Positions 10,904 through 20,563 of a stretch of DNA of 64,000 bases are shown in pieces. A program made the position numbers and the translations under genes. Source of the stretch: a virus; IMG/VR virus record IMGVR_UViG_3300002026_000045, positions 40,159 to 104,158 of that record; one strand, 5' to 3'. The first letter of the stretch is position 1; each line of letters opens with the position of its first letter. Under the pieces are notes generated by a model. It was not told where the DNA came from. It ran no database searches and was given only the letters and a program-made list of their open reading frames with translations.

Positions 10904-11116
10904 AAACTTCCCACCTGTTATTTGTATAATCCCAATGCCTAGTATCGTACAGCTTTATTGATAGTTCGATTCCCAATGCACCCAATTGTAACTCTGCCCC
11001 TGCATGATCTCGTTTAAATGTCCACTCAAACGACAATTTAAAAACGGTCCCGCTAAATTTAATTGCCTCTACTTCAATTGCTTTAAACGAAGTAAGAATT
11101 ATAAAATTAGCATTAA

Positions 11117-11539
11117 TCATGATGCTGACACTCCCAACTTTCCTAGCTCAGTTAGGAAATTACTTTTGCGATTAAACGGAATAGTCACATGCACTGACTT
11201 ACCAAGTTCAGTTTCATCACACAAATCTTTTGCTTCTTTAAGCCCAAACCCAGTGTACTCACGCACTAACTTAATATATGGAATAAAATTGCCACTGTTA
11301 CCAGCATTACGAGTTGCAGATTTGTAAATTACTACATTACAGTCGCCATCACCAGTCATTAGGCGAAAAAATATTGCACCCTTCAGGTCATTGCCTAATG
11401 TGTCTGCAATCGTATCCCACAGTTCCAAACCAGTGGTCGCGCCGTAGGCTTCCGTGATAGACCGCATGAACTGCAACCCAGATAATACTACTGTATCCCG
11501 GGCTGCGTCTGACAACGATTCTAAATCTAGCGGTTTCAT
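11117..11539 (-). CDS. Protein with ribosomal protein L7/L12 C-terminal-like domain
   Basis: IKLVREYTGFGLKEAKDLCD matches the bL12 CTD consensus IK.VR..TGLGLKEAKD.V. Confidence 0.75.
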   Translation of the reverse strand: MKPLDLESLSDAARDTVVLSGLQFMRSITEAYGATTGLELWDTIADTLGNDLKGAIFFRLMTGDGDCNVVIYKSATRNAGNSGNFIPYIKLVREYTGFGLKEAKDLCDETELGKSVHVTIPFNRKSNFLTELGKLGVSAS

Positions 11540-11710
11540 TTAATCTGCGTATTCAGTGTCAACAACATCATCAGTATCTTCTTGTTCAACAATACGCACC
11601 TTGTGACCAGCGTCTTGCTGATCAGAAGCATAGTCAACAGCTTGTTGTTCAGTTTTAAAAACTTCGGAATCCAAAACTGCACCAGCGCACATTACCAAAA
11701 CTTTAAACAT
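11540..11710 (-). CDS. Small early hypothetical protein (not in ORF track)
   Basis: 56 aa MFKVLVMCAG...EYAD directly after a sigma70 promoter. Confidence 0.55.
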   Translation of the reverse strand: MFKVLVMCAGAVLDSEVFKTEQQAVDYASDQQDAGHKVRIVEQEDTDDVVDTEYAD

Positions 11711-11741
11711 ATTAAACTTCTTTCTTTGTTGCTAAGTGTAT

Positions 11742-11770
11742 ATTATACTGCTATCTTACCGAAATGTCAA
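11742..11770 (-). promoter_or_regulatory. sigma70-type early promoter
   Basis: TTGACA-N17-TATAAT. Confidence 0.85.
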
Positions 11771-12334
11771 CTGCTGTTTACATGCAGTGATAACGCTCAG
11801 TTCCGGGGTCACAGCATCCACCCAGCTCTGACTTGCGGATCATGCACTTTTTGCCAGTCAAGATGTTAACTGTTTCAACCATTGGGTTGTAGTAGAAATT
11901 GTATTGTTCGTGGGTCATAACCAAATAGCGCCCCACTGACTCTTTCAAGCCAAACATTGCGTCGACTACCCGTGAATTCAGCCGTGTGGCAGCAATCTTC
12001 GCGCCACGCTCAGTTGGGTAAGTCATGTCACGGCATTGTTTGCGGGCAATGTATCCAGTTAAGGTGTCATAAATTACAAACATGATATTTCCTTATTCAG
12101 TGATGCTAAGAACAGTTACTTCGTTTTCATCAAGCAGCAACGTGGTGCGTTCTGAACCGTAAATAATGATTGGGACGTCAAGTTTAACAGTGTGCTGAAC
12201 TTTGCCACCGTATTTGACACGGCTAGACTGTACCATCCCAGTAACTTGGAACAATCCCAAGTAATTGGACGTAACTGCTTGACCTTCTTTGTTCCAGCTC
12301 ATTCAATGCTCCGGTTGTTTTCTGCTATGTCACT

Positions 12335-12363
12335 ATTATAGCACCAAAATACTTGACTGTCAA
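12335..12363 (-). promoter_or_regulatory. sigma70 early promoter with TTGACAGTCAA palindrome
   Basis: TTGACA-N17-TATAAT. Confidence 0.9.
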
Positions 12364-12787
12364 TCAAATATACATGCTAGTTTCAGCATTTTGCCTAGCA
12401 GTTTCAGCTGCATCAAAATTATGATTGCGCCAGCAAAACGTATCCAGGTCCAACCGATGTGCCTTTTCCATACCGCGGTGACCCTTGTATGCCACGATAG
12501 TTACGCACTTGTCAGTGATCTTTGTGATTTCGCCGGTGTAGGACAGGTTATAACTGTCGTATTCAGCAACGTCGCCAACTACAAACGAAGCACCACGCTG
12601 AGTAGAACCATCACGTTCGTCAACATAAACAGTGATACTATTGTAACCAGACTTGGAAACGCCAGTGCATTCAACTTGATACTTTGTTTCAGACGCTGGG
12701 ATAGCACGGCCGTGGTATTTACGGGCTTTGGACATAACGCGGATTAAGTTGGCCATTTTAAGTTCCTTTGTTTCTTGCTATGTGTAT

Positions 12788-12816
12788 ATTATAACACCGA
12801 AATACTTGACTGTCAA
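12788..12816 (-). promoter_or_regulatory. sigma70 early promoter with TTGACAGTCAA palindrome
   Basis: TTGACA-N17-TATAAT. Confidence 0.9.
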
Positions 12817-13088
12817 CAACTATTTCTGGCTAAGAAACATTGCATATGAAGTGTTGCACACACGGCGACAGTCAGCCAACGTACGAATAAGCATACCGCC
12901 CTTGCCGCAAACACGAAAGAACACTACATTGCCAAGTTCGTCAGTGACAGTAAGTTGAACTGCATTGATTGGTTTTTTAATTTGACCCCAACGAGCATAA
13001 TAATCACCAGACGCTTCAATTGCGTTAACTGACTTATATTCTTTAGTGTATTTCATTTTGTGTTCCGGTCGTTTTCTGCTATGTCGTT

Positions 13089-13117
13089 ATTATAACGCCG
13101 AAAGGCTTGACTGTCAA
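13089..13117 (-). promoter_or_regulatory. sigma70 early promoter with TTGACAGTCAA palindrome
   Basis: TTGACA-N17-TATAAT. Confidence 0.9.
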
Positions 13118-13156
13118 CCATTAAAATATAAAAGTCGATGCTCGGATAAATAAAGT

Positions 13157-13732
13157 ATGAACAATTATTATACCTACGCTTATTTACGTGAAGATGGCAC
13201 TCCGTATTACATTGGGAAAGGCAAAGGACGTCGAGCCTGGTCTGGAAGACATCGCGTACATTTACCAGTGGACAGTTCCAGAATTGTGATCTTATCTGAA
13301 GGGTTAAGTGACGACGCTGCTAAGTTAATGGAGAAAGAACTTATCACAAAATATGGCAGAAAAGATTTAGGTACTGGTATTTTACAAAACCAAACTGACG
13401 GAGGTGATGGTGCCTGCCTCAAAGGGTCAAAAAATGGTATGCATGGGCGTACCCATACTCCGGAGGCAAGGGCAAAAATTAAAGCAGCAAGAGCCACTCA
13501 AATTATGAAACCATGCTCTGCTGAACAGAAGCAATTCCTTAGCGATAAATTTAAAGGCAGAAAGAAACCCGACGGATGCCCAGAATTCCACTCAGATGAA
13601 ACGAAAGCTAAGATTGCCGCCGCACATTTAGGCAAGCCGAAAAAGAAAGGTTATAAACAGTCCGATGAGCAAAAACAGAAAAAGTTAGAATCGTTTCGAG
13701 CCACAATGGCCGCTAAGAAGCAATCAAATTAA
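13157..13732 (+). mobile_element. GIY-YIG homing endonuclease with NUMOD3-type repeats
   Basis: YYTYAY...YYIGKG..RR, NQTDGGDG, HTPEARAKI/HSDETKAKI; opposite strand to neighbours; GATAAATA promoter. Confidence 0.85.
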
Positions 13733-13922
13733 TCAACTGCTGGTTAATAGCATTCATCTCATCCTGCTCTATATACCAATCTGTCCGAGGGTCATAATAT
13801 TGTCCTTCAATTGGATCGTAATACAAGACTCGACCAGAGAACGAAAACGGACCTTCTAATCCTTTACGTGGTCCATAATTGTCACGCATGTTATCCATAA
13901 CGCTTAACACCTTGTACCCCAT
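13713..13922 (-). CDS. Small conserved phage protein
   Basis: GLEGPF..GRVLYYDP.EGQYYDP motif. Confidence 0.65.
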   Translation of the reverse strand: MGYKVLSVMDNMRDNYGPRKGLEGPFSFSGRVLYYDPIEGQYYDPRTDWYIEQDEMNAINQQLINLIAS

Positions 13923-13948
13923 TTGACGCTCCTTGCTGGTAAGCTGGT

Positions 13949-13977
13949 ATTATAACACCAAAATGCTTGACCGTCAA
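13949..13977 (-). promoter_or_regulatory. sigma70 early promoter (TTGACGGTCAA variant)
   Basis: TTGACG-N17-TATAAT. Confidence 0.85.
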
Positions 13978-14395
13978 TCAGACTTATACGCTTCTCGGTT
14001 AAGTAATTTTGCGATTTCACTCGCTATATACTCGCTCTCACATGTGCATATAACCGTTCCATGTTTGTCAGTGACTACGTTGTCTCTAACACAAAACGGA
14101 ATAAGATAACTAATATACGCTAGCTTATATATTATTTTTTTCTTACTGTCCATTTTGAGGGTTCCATTTAAGTGTAAACATCGTTAGCTCAGCGTCTGTT
14201 TTGAACGCAAACGAGGTAGTGTTTACTCGTTTGCCGCACCCAGTGGCGCAACACCATTTATCAACATCATCGATAAAACTAAATTTTTTTGTGTTTAGCT
14301 TAATTTTAATATAATTTGGCGTTACTATTTTCTCTACTATCTCAATGTCGTTTGTCATTTTTGGGTCTTTTGCAAACTCGTATGCTGGCGCGAAC

Positions 14396-14950
14396 CTACT
14401 TTGTTTCATGATTGCCACGTAAATATTCCTTAAATAACTGTTGGAAATCGCTTTCCGTTAAATCGCCCACATCATGCCCCTCGGGCAGTAATACACGCTT
14501 ATCCCCGTATCTCGCAAGTTTCAGCCCTGCTTTATCGCCTTGAACACACGCAACTTTAGTTGATGGCAACGCCTTTAACCAACTAACCAGGTGGACTGGG
14601 TTATTAGACAAGACTGCTACTGCAGGTAAGCCATACAAGTGAAGCCGGCATGCGTCAAAAACTCCTTCAGTAAGGAAAAGAACTGGATCAGCCCAATGCA
14701 CTGATTCGAGCCCCCATACAGCAAGCTCGCCTGTCTTGCTTGCACAAGGCTTCGTAACCCATGTGTAATAACGGGCAAGACGCGGGTCGTCAACATGAAG
14801 CTTAGGCAAACTTGGATTATACGATTGAAATCCAACATATTGCCCTGACATGTTCCATAGTGGAAAAGTTACATAATCATCTGCGACGACGACGTTTGGA
14901 TACAGTGTTGTATCAAACCAACGGCCACGGAGATGTTCTTGCATGTTCAT
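14396..14950 (-). CDS. Toprim-domain (primase-like) protein
   Basis: TFPLWN..GQYVGFQ, LFLTEGVFDA, GHDVGD. Confidence 0.75.
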   Translation of the reverse strand: MNMQEHLRGRWFDTTLYPNVVVADDYVTFPLWNMSGQYVGFQSYNPSLPKLHVDDPRLARYYTWVTKPCASKTGELAVWGLESVHWADPVLFLTEGVFDACRLHLYGLPAVAVLSNNPVHLVSWLKALPSTKVACVQGDKAGLKLARYGDKRVLLPEGHDVGDLTESDFQQLFKEYLRGNHETK

Positions 14951-14980
14951 AATGCATTATAACACCAGCAGCATCGTAAG

Positions 14981-15667
14981 TCAATAGGTAGCAATTCTTC
15001 GATCAACAGACTTTAGCATACGTGCCTCCCAGTTGTCATAGCCTTCGACTGGCCATTGGCATCCAAATTGGTTCCCGTTGTGTTGAAATGAACTCAATTT
15101 TAAAGTTATTGTTTTGTTATTTTTTCTATCTTCAAGTAATGACTCTACAACCTCACCATCAATTTGAAAAATATCTATCACTTTGTTTTCTGTTTTGTCG
15201 AAAGGAAGGATATATGTATCTATACCTTTCGACAATCTAGTTTCCAATGTCATGTTACTGTGGAAACTCCCCTCAAAATGGCTAGTAATTGCCGATTTAC
15301 TTTTTTTATTTTCTAGATTCGTCGAATAATACAAGCCGCCACGTTGCCCGATTGCTAATTCGTCCTGGAATATCCCACTAATCTTACTTTCAATCGGGCG
15401 TGGATATACAAGATCTCTGCCATTTTTATAATAGTAAATATATCCGTCGGGCCCATTGGGTTCTATTGATGGCACTGCGCCAATTGCTGCGCATCCAATG
15501 ATATCTGCCCATTTTGAATATAACTCGGGCATTGACACATCGCGCCCAGTAAGGTTATCTTCCCAAAATCGAATATTGGTTAAATCTGTCGGCTGGCGTT
15601 TGAGCAGCTGGCTAACGATTCTTGCATTGTTATTTTTAGCAGACATCCACTGAGCGCGAGTCATCAT
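14981..15667 (-). CDS. Putative PD-(D/E)xK nuclease
   Basis: E...GPDG...IESK pattern; has its own TTGACA-N17-TACAAT promoter at 15693-15721. Confidence 0.45.
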   Translation of the reverse strand: MMTRAQWMSAKNNNARIVSQLLKRQPTDLTNIRFWEDNLTGRDVSMPELYSKWADIIGCAAIGAVPSIEPNGPDGYIYYYKNGRDLVYPRPIESKISGIFQDELAIGQRGGLYYSTNLENKKSKSAITSHFEGSFHSNMTLETRLSKGIDTYILPFDKTENKVIDIFQIDGEVVESLLEDRKNNKTITLKLSSFQHNGNQFGCQWPVEGYDNWEARMLKSVDRRIATY

Positions 15668-15723
15668 AATGCATACCTTAAATGAAAATTGTATTGTAAC
15701 AACGTTTATCTAAACTGTCAATC

Positions 15724-15752
15724 AAAAGGAGAGGGCCGAAGCCCTTCTTTTT
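15724..15752 (-). terminator. Rho-independent terminator (UUCG loop)
   Basis: AAGGGC-TTCG-GCCCTCTCCTTTT. Confidence 0.8.
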
Positions 15753-15852
15753 AGTACCTGTATGCGCCAGGATTACGCTTGTATCGCTCGTATCTTGCTT
15801 GTCCACATGCAGTAGCGAATGCCCAGTATGTGCTAAATATTCGCTTTAACAT
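15751..15852 (-). CDS. Small basic peptide (33 aa, not in ORF track)
   Basis: MLKRIFSTYWAFATACGQARYERYKRNPGAYRY; overlaps upstream stop and ends at the terminator. Confidence 0.45.
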   Translation of the reverse strand: MLKRIFSTYWAFATACGQARYERYKRNPGAYRY

Positions 15853-16013
15853 AGCGCCTTCCCTCTGCTAATAGTGTCAAATTTACGAGTGTAATATTCA
15901 ACATCATCCACAGTGTGTATATCTTGATTTTCAAGATATTGTTCAAGTTCAGATTTTTGTGGTTGCGACTTAAATAAGTTAGACAGCAACTCTATGGGAT
16001 TCCATAGCAACAC
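15846..16013 (-). CDS. Small DUF3563-like protein (55 aa, not in ORF track)
   Basis: ..ELEQYLENQDIHTVDDVEYYTRKFD.. Confidence 0.45.
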   Translation of the reverse strand: MLLWNPIELLSNLFKSQPQKSELEQYLENQDIHTVDDVEYYTRKFDTISRGKALC

Positions 16014-16015
16014 AA

Positions 16016-16249
16016 TTAAGCCTTAGCAGTCTGTTTGCACATTGCAGTAAATGAGCTAACAGCATTGTCAAATTGATCAGTGAAAAGTTCAACTGACGAA
16101 AAGTATGCACTAACTACTTTTTTAGTAGCATCTTTTGTTTCTTTGTGCGGAATAACTGCAATCATCGAGTCAGCAAATTGGCGATTCAATTCCAATACAC
16201 GAGTAGCAGTTGGGACTTCAAATTTTGGCAAGTTAGTAAAATTAAACAT
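16016..16249 (-). CDS. Phasin-like amphipathic helical protein
   Basis: 77 aa helical protein, AAGGAG SD, PhaR-like box upstream. Confidence 0.45.
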   Translation of the reverse strand: MFNFTNLPKFEVPTATRVLELNRQFADSMIAVIPHKETKDATKKVVSAYFSSVELFTDQFDNAVSSFTAMCKQTAKA

Positions 16250-16314
16250 TGTAAATCTCCTTATATAGCAAGTTTTAATTATGTAGGCCCTTATCAGCAC
16301 CTACACAATTATTT

Positions 16315-16331
16315 ATGCTGCACTGCAACAT
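16315..16331. promoter_or_regulatory. PhaR-type operator abutting an ATAAATA late promoter
   Basis: Near-palindrome ATGTTGCAGTGCAGCAT (TGC-N3-GCA core). Confidence 0.55.
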
Positions 16332-16399
16332 AGGAAATATTTATTGTTAATTAACTACGCCAAAATCCGCCCAATTTGCTCCGCCGATATAAATATAGT

Positions 16400-17134
16400 A
16401 TGAAACCTACATATCTATATATAAAACAACATAATAAAACAGGGCTTAAATATTTTGGTAAAACAACTCAAGATCCTGAAAAATATCTTGGGTCTGGAAT
16501 TAGATGGAGGAACCATCTTCGTGTGCATGGAAATGATATAACTACTACATGGACATTATATACAAACAAAGAAGAACTAATGGCAGCAGCACTACTTTTT
16601 TCGGAAACTAACAAAATTTCTGAATCTTCTGAGTGGGCAAATTTAAAACCAGAAAATGGGTTAGACGGCGGAGACCATGGAAAACTCACTGACGACGGTA
16701 GGAGACGCAAGTCCGAAGCAATGAAGAATAGAAAATTATCTGACGAAACTCGGAAAAAAATTTCTGAATCTAATAAAGGAAAAACACGAACACTTGAACA
16801 AAATGCGGCAAATTCAGAACGGCAAAAAGGAAAGCCTGGCTTACTTGGTCCTCAAAACGGGCAATACGGCAAAACACCTTGGAACAAAGGGTTATCTATA
16901 CCTAGTCCAAATAAAGGCAAAAAGTACAAATCGTCAGGGCCTAATCCAAACAAAAGTCATCCAGCTTGGAATAAAGGAATGACTATGCCAAATCCAAATA
17001 AAGGTAAAAAGTATGGCCCGTCTGGTCCAAGTGGCCCAATGACCAAATTAACTTGTCCGCACTGCAACAAAGAAGGCGGTGCGTCAATGATGAAGCGATA
17101 TCATTTTGATTTGTGCAAACTTATTCAACAATAG
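16400..17134 (+). mobile_element. GIY-YIG-like homing endonuclease with PWNKG repeats
   Basis: YLYIKQH..TGLKYFGKT, YLGSG, ENGLDGG, PWNKG/PNKG repeats, CPHC; TATAAATA at 16388. Confidence 0.85.
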
Positions 17135-18203
17135 GACCGTTGGCCCAATTTGCACCGCCTATTGACATCCAAAACATTGGCTTTCCATGATCTGGTCTTT
17201 CATTGAGAACAATAGTACCCTGTTTTGCTTCGTGACGTGGACGCTCATCTGAGCTTGTAATCTGTACTCCGCCAATCGTCAATTGTTCAATGCCCACTGA
17301 GCCATCTGGCTCCACAACAATGTTGTTTCTGCCATTGCTACTTACTACTAGACGTTGCGGGCGCATTGTACCAAAGATAGCAACATCTTTCCTCAATTTA
17401 CGTGTAACAACTTCACATTCTTCATCCCATACTGCTAGCGCGCCAGCTGGTGTTTCTGTGTTAACACCAACACGTTTGTTTACTACAGTAAGAGACCCTT
17501 TATTTAAAATAGCATCGCCATTGACAGTCAGTGAACGCAATTCACCTAGTTCTTGAATATTTGTTTCTGTTACAAACGAGCCAAGCTTGTTACCAGATAA
17601 AACAGTAGTTCCATTTATGGTAAGTTTAGTTAAGTCTAAACCATCTGCTTTAATTTTCTCAAAAACTTTATCAGCATACGCTAAGAAAAATTCTCCATCC
17701 ATGGACAATTTTAACAAGCCAGCACTGTGCTCAACTAAGTCTTTGTAAAACGGCGAGTCAGTTGGGATTTCTCCAAGTAACTTCAAATCACCCTCAACTG
17801 TTAAATTCCCTTTAATAGTAGCAGCAGATGTAACAAGTTGATTCTCAACTACTGTTGCCTGATCCATAATTGTGACTTGACATGTCGATGCATTATCTTG
17901 TATGCCTGTACTTCCAAAACTTTTTATTATCCCACTGATGACATTGTCACCAGACATTTTAAAATTTTGAAAGTTTATTGCTTCAGCAGGGATACTGCCT
18001 GCTGGGAAAGTAAGTTTTTTAACAAAGTCAGTGAGCTTTCTGTCAATGTAAAATTGAACTGTCTTGTTTATATCAATTTGCGCTAACTTTTGTGCTACAT
18101 CAGCTGCAACTTGTTTTGCAATTTGTTCATGTAATTGTTTAACAAATGCCTCGGTGATTTCTGACGCAATAGAGTCAATTTTATCTTTAGACATTAGTTT
18201 CAC
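17121..18203 (-). CDS. Hypothetical, probably structural, protein
   Basis: 360 aa; beta-rich C-terminal part (RVGVNTETP). Confidence 0.55.
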   Translation of the reverse strand: MKLMSKDKIDSIASEITEAFVKQLHEQIAKQVAADVAQKLAQIDINKTVQFYIDRKLTDFVKKLTFPAGSIPAEAINFQNFKMSGDNVISGIIKSFGSTGIQDNASTCQVTIMDQATVVENQLVTSAATIKGNLTVEGDLKLLGEIPTDSPFYKDLVEHSAGLLKLSMDGEFFLAYADKVFEKIKADGLDLTKLTINGTTVLSGNKLGSFVTETNIQELGELRSLTVNGDAILNKGSLTVVNKRVGVNTETPAGALAVWDEECEVVTRKLRKDVAIFGTMRPQRLVVSSNGRNNIVVEPDGSVGIEQLTIGGVQITSSDERPRHEAKQGTIVLNERPDHGKPMFWMSIGGANWANGPIVE

Positions 18204-18510
18204 CCTCAGTTAACCGAGCTAATAGAACATCGTAAAACGAATCTACCTCACCGTTAAACACTCCACGCAAGTGACTTATCCCCTCTACCACAGTCAAAAA
18301 ATCGCCTCGTTGCAACGCGTCAATTGTCGCTTTATGTAACCCAACTAGCCTAGATAAATCTTTAAGTTCATCAATTGAGATAGATTCTGGCGGCACAAGG
18401 CAGTAAGCAGTTACTGGACCGCGAATAGGTGCGTCAAAAGTTTCAAGCTCTAACAGCACGTGACGATTGCTCATTTCTTGAGCTACTTCTTTTCCAAAAA
18501 TAATTTGCAT
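18187..18510 (-). CDS. Conserved hypothetical phage protein
   Basis: 107 aa preceded by TATAAATA. Confidence 0.6.
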   Translation of the reverse strand: MQIIFGKEVAQEMSNRHVLLELETFDAPIRGPVTAYCLVPPESISIDELKDLSRLVGLHKATIDALQRGDFLTVVEGISHLRGVFNGEVDSFYDVLLARLTEGETNV

Positions 18511-18519
18511 AGTAAATAT

Positions 18520-19107
18520 TTATAGTTGACCAGTCTGAGATTTAAATTTCTGCATAAACAATTTATACGAAGTAATTGAATCTTTTGGTTGCTCAAATTG
18601 TTGTAATCGTTCCAATGAGACGTCTGGCATGTCGGGCCAATCTCTTCCACGAGACGGCATAAATGCGTGTGCTTCAATTTTCTGAGCAATTCTATCAGCC
18701 CGCTTAATAAGCTCTTCTTCTTCCTTACTTGGTGGTTCAATGTCAAAAGATGAATAGATTGCAGCCATTAATTTTGCTTCTAGTGCTTTAATGTGCGGGC
18801 GCAATTCTGGTATTCGCTTAATTGGACTAGGCAAATCTCCAGTATACACTTCAGCAGCATCATGCAATAATCCAAGCAATACAAGTCTGCATCTGTCTAT
18901 ACTTTGATCTTCAATCTCGGTGTTTAGTAACAACTCATCTGCAACGAAAATTGAGTGCTGTGCTACATTGTATGGTACTGCGGTAATAGTGTGACCACAA
19001 AAACGTGCCATTCTTGATAACCCCCACGCAATGTCTTCAATGAAGATTGAGTCTGGGTCAGGGTCAGACACGTCAACTAATCTGCCAGTAACAGTTTCTA
19101 AGAACAT
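18520..19107 (-). CDS. HD-domain 5'-deoxynucleotidase (YfbR-like)
   Basis: DIA..LS...RF.GH, YNVAQHS, LLHDAAEVYTGD. Confidence 0.85.
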   Translation of the reverse strand: MFLETVTGRLVDVSDPDPDSIFIEDIAWGLSRMARFCGHTITAVPYNVAQHSIFVADELLLNTEIEDQSIDRCRLVLLGLLHDAAEVYTGDLPSPIKRIPELRPHIKALEAKLMAAIYSSFDIEPPSKEEEELIKRADRIAQKIEAHAFMPSRGRDWPDMPDVSLERLQQFEQPKDSITSYKLFMQKFKSQTGQL

Positions 19108-19652
19108 TTTCGTACACCAAGTTGATGGAAAATATGTTGGACACCTACTGCTTGGGAATATGCATCAGCTAACGCATTATGCGCGTCTTTGTTGCCAGTT
19201 TTAGCTGAGTAGTCACCCATGTCGCCAATGGTACGGGAATCTCGTATTTGCCAATATTGCCAAGGTACGGGTTTACCCAACGTCTTATAAAAGTTTTCCA
19301 GTATGCAAATGTCAAACAACGGACCTTGAGCCCATATTTTGTCAACTCCCACCAAGTAGCGGCTAAGTTGGTTAGTAGCTTCGTCCATACTAACACGGTC
19401 GCCGTCGTCACCCATTGCTTCATCTTGTGACTCTTGGCTTTGTTTGCCCCACCATTCTACTGTTGAATCATCAACTGTGCGGCCACGCTCAGTTTGTTCG
19501 TCTACGTTTATTCTAAAGTAAAGTGGCGATGTAGGATCTTGCCTATCATACGGATTAAACTTTACTGCACCCAGCGTCAATACAACGCACCCATGAGTAA
19601 ACCCAAGGGTTTCAATATCAATCATGCAATGCATGTTAAACCACTGGCTCAA
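19098..19652 (-). CDS. DEDDh 3'-5' exonuclease
   Basis: MIDIETLG, FDI.IL, RDSRT, HNALADA. Confidence 0.85.
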   Translation of the reverse strand: MSQWFNMHCMIDIETLGFTHGCVVLTLGAVKFNPYDRQDPTSPLYFRINVDEQTERGRTVDDSTVEWWGKQSQESQDEAMGDDGDRVSMDEATNQLSRYLVGVDKIWAQGPLFDICILENFYKTLGKPVPWQYWQIRDSRTIGDMGDYSAKTGNKDAHNALADAYSQAVGVQHIFHQLGVRKCS

Positions 19653-19947
19653 GTCTGATTAATAGAGGAAATCCATTATTTCGAGCAAGGACTGTTGCCT
19701 CAACTCCTTTTTGCTCCGCCAATTCATATGGCAGCACTGCTACCACTGCCGATCCAAATTCGTGAACAGCAGTACACAATTTCATCGCGTCTTCTTCTGA
19801 GTGATTAAACACTTCAGTCAAACTTGCAATTACGAACTCCATTGTAGTCACGTCATCGTTCATGTAGATAACATTAAACATGCTTGGAGGCATAAGCCCT
19901 GTTTTAGGGACAATTTTTTCTTTTACAACTGGTTCTGCTGACGACAT
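19636..19947 (-). CDS. clpS: ATP-dependent Clp protease adaptor ClpS
   Basis: VIYMNDDVTTMEFV, VHEFGSAVV, GFPL. Confidence 0.92.
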   Translation of the reverse strand: MSSAEPVVKEKIVPKTGLMPPSMFNVIYMNDDVTTMEFVIASLTEVFNHSEEDAMKLCTAVHEFGSAVVAVLPYELAEQKGVEATVLARNNGFPLLIRLEPVV

Positions 19948-19996
19948 TTTATTTCCTATTTAATAGGGCAGAGAAGATCCCTGCCCTTACCCTACA

Positions 19997-20470
19997 TTAT
20001 ACTGTTATTTGCTTTGTAGTGCTACTCTGAATGGCAATCTTGCGGGGTTTTAATTCCTCAGGTACCACAATTTCGACACCAATAATTAGCAACCCGTTTT
20101 CAAACTTTGCATCTCGAACAACTACATGTTCCGCAAGACTTAAAGTTTTCGTAAACGATTTTGAGCTAATGCCGTGGTATAGATAATCACGCTCTGGCCT
20201 TGCCTTTTGCTCACCAGTAATCGTTAGCACATTGCTATCGAGCGAAATGGTTAACTCGTCCTCACTAAATCCAGCCGCAGCAAGCTCAATTGTATATTGC
20301 GTGTCACTGTGACGGACAATGTCGTGTGGTGGATAGTTAGTTGCGTTTGGTAAAACCGATGCAGTTCTATTTAATGTGTCAAACATTCTGTCGAACCCAA
20401 TGGTCGCGCGGTTTAAATGTGCCAGCAAAGATGGGAAATCTGTGGCGGTCGTAAGATAACGTTGATTCAT
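19997..20470 (-). CDS. Small heat-shock protein Hsp20/IbpA-like
   Basis: IGFDRMF, NYPPHDI, AAAGF, YLYHGIS, ENGLL, PEELKPRKI. Confidence 0.92.
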   Translation of the reverse strand: MNQRYLTTATDFPSLLAHLNRATIGFDRMFDTLNRTASVLPNATNYPPHDIVRHSDTQYTIELAAAGFSEDELTISLDSNVLTITGEQKARPERDYLYHGISSKSFTKTLSLAEHVVVRDAKFENGLLIIGVEIVVPEELKPRKIAIQSSTTKQITV

Positions 20471-20563
20471 AATTTTCTCCTTTAATAAGCAAGAATCATT
20501 GCAAAGCCCGATTATCGGCACCTTGCATAGTATTTATTATACAGAAAGGAGAATTAAAATAAA

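Larger units (their letters stand above)
11778..13056 (-). other. Early hypothetical genes (11778-12083, 12093-12302, 12364-12756, 12820-13056) separated by promoter repeats
   Basis: ORFs with SD sequences, each unit preceded by a consensus promoter. Confidence 0.65.

Noticed and set aside
12335-13977. Recurring ~30-bp sequences as a CRISPR array
   Set aside because: Spacing is 300-860 bp with genes in between, the repeats are sigma70 promoters, and there is no cas operon
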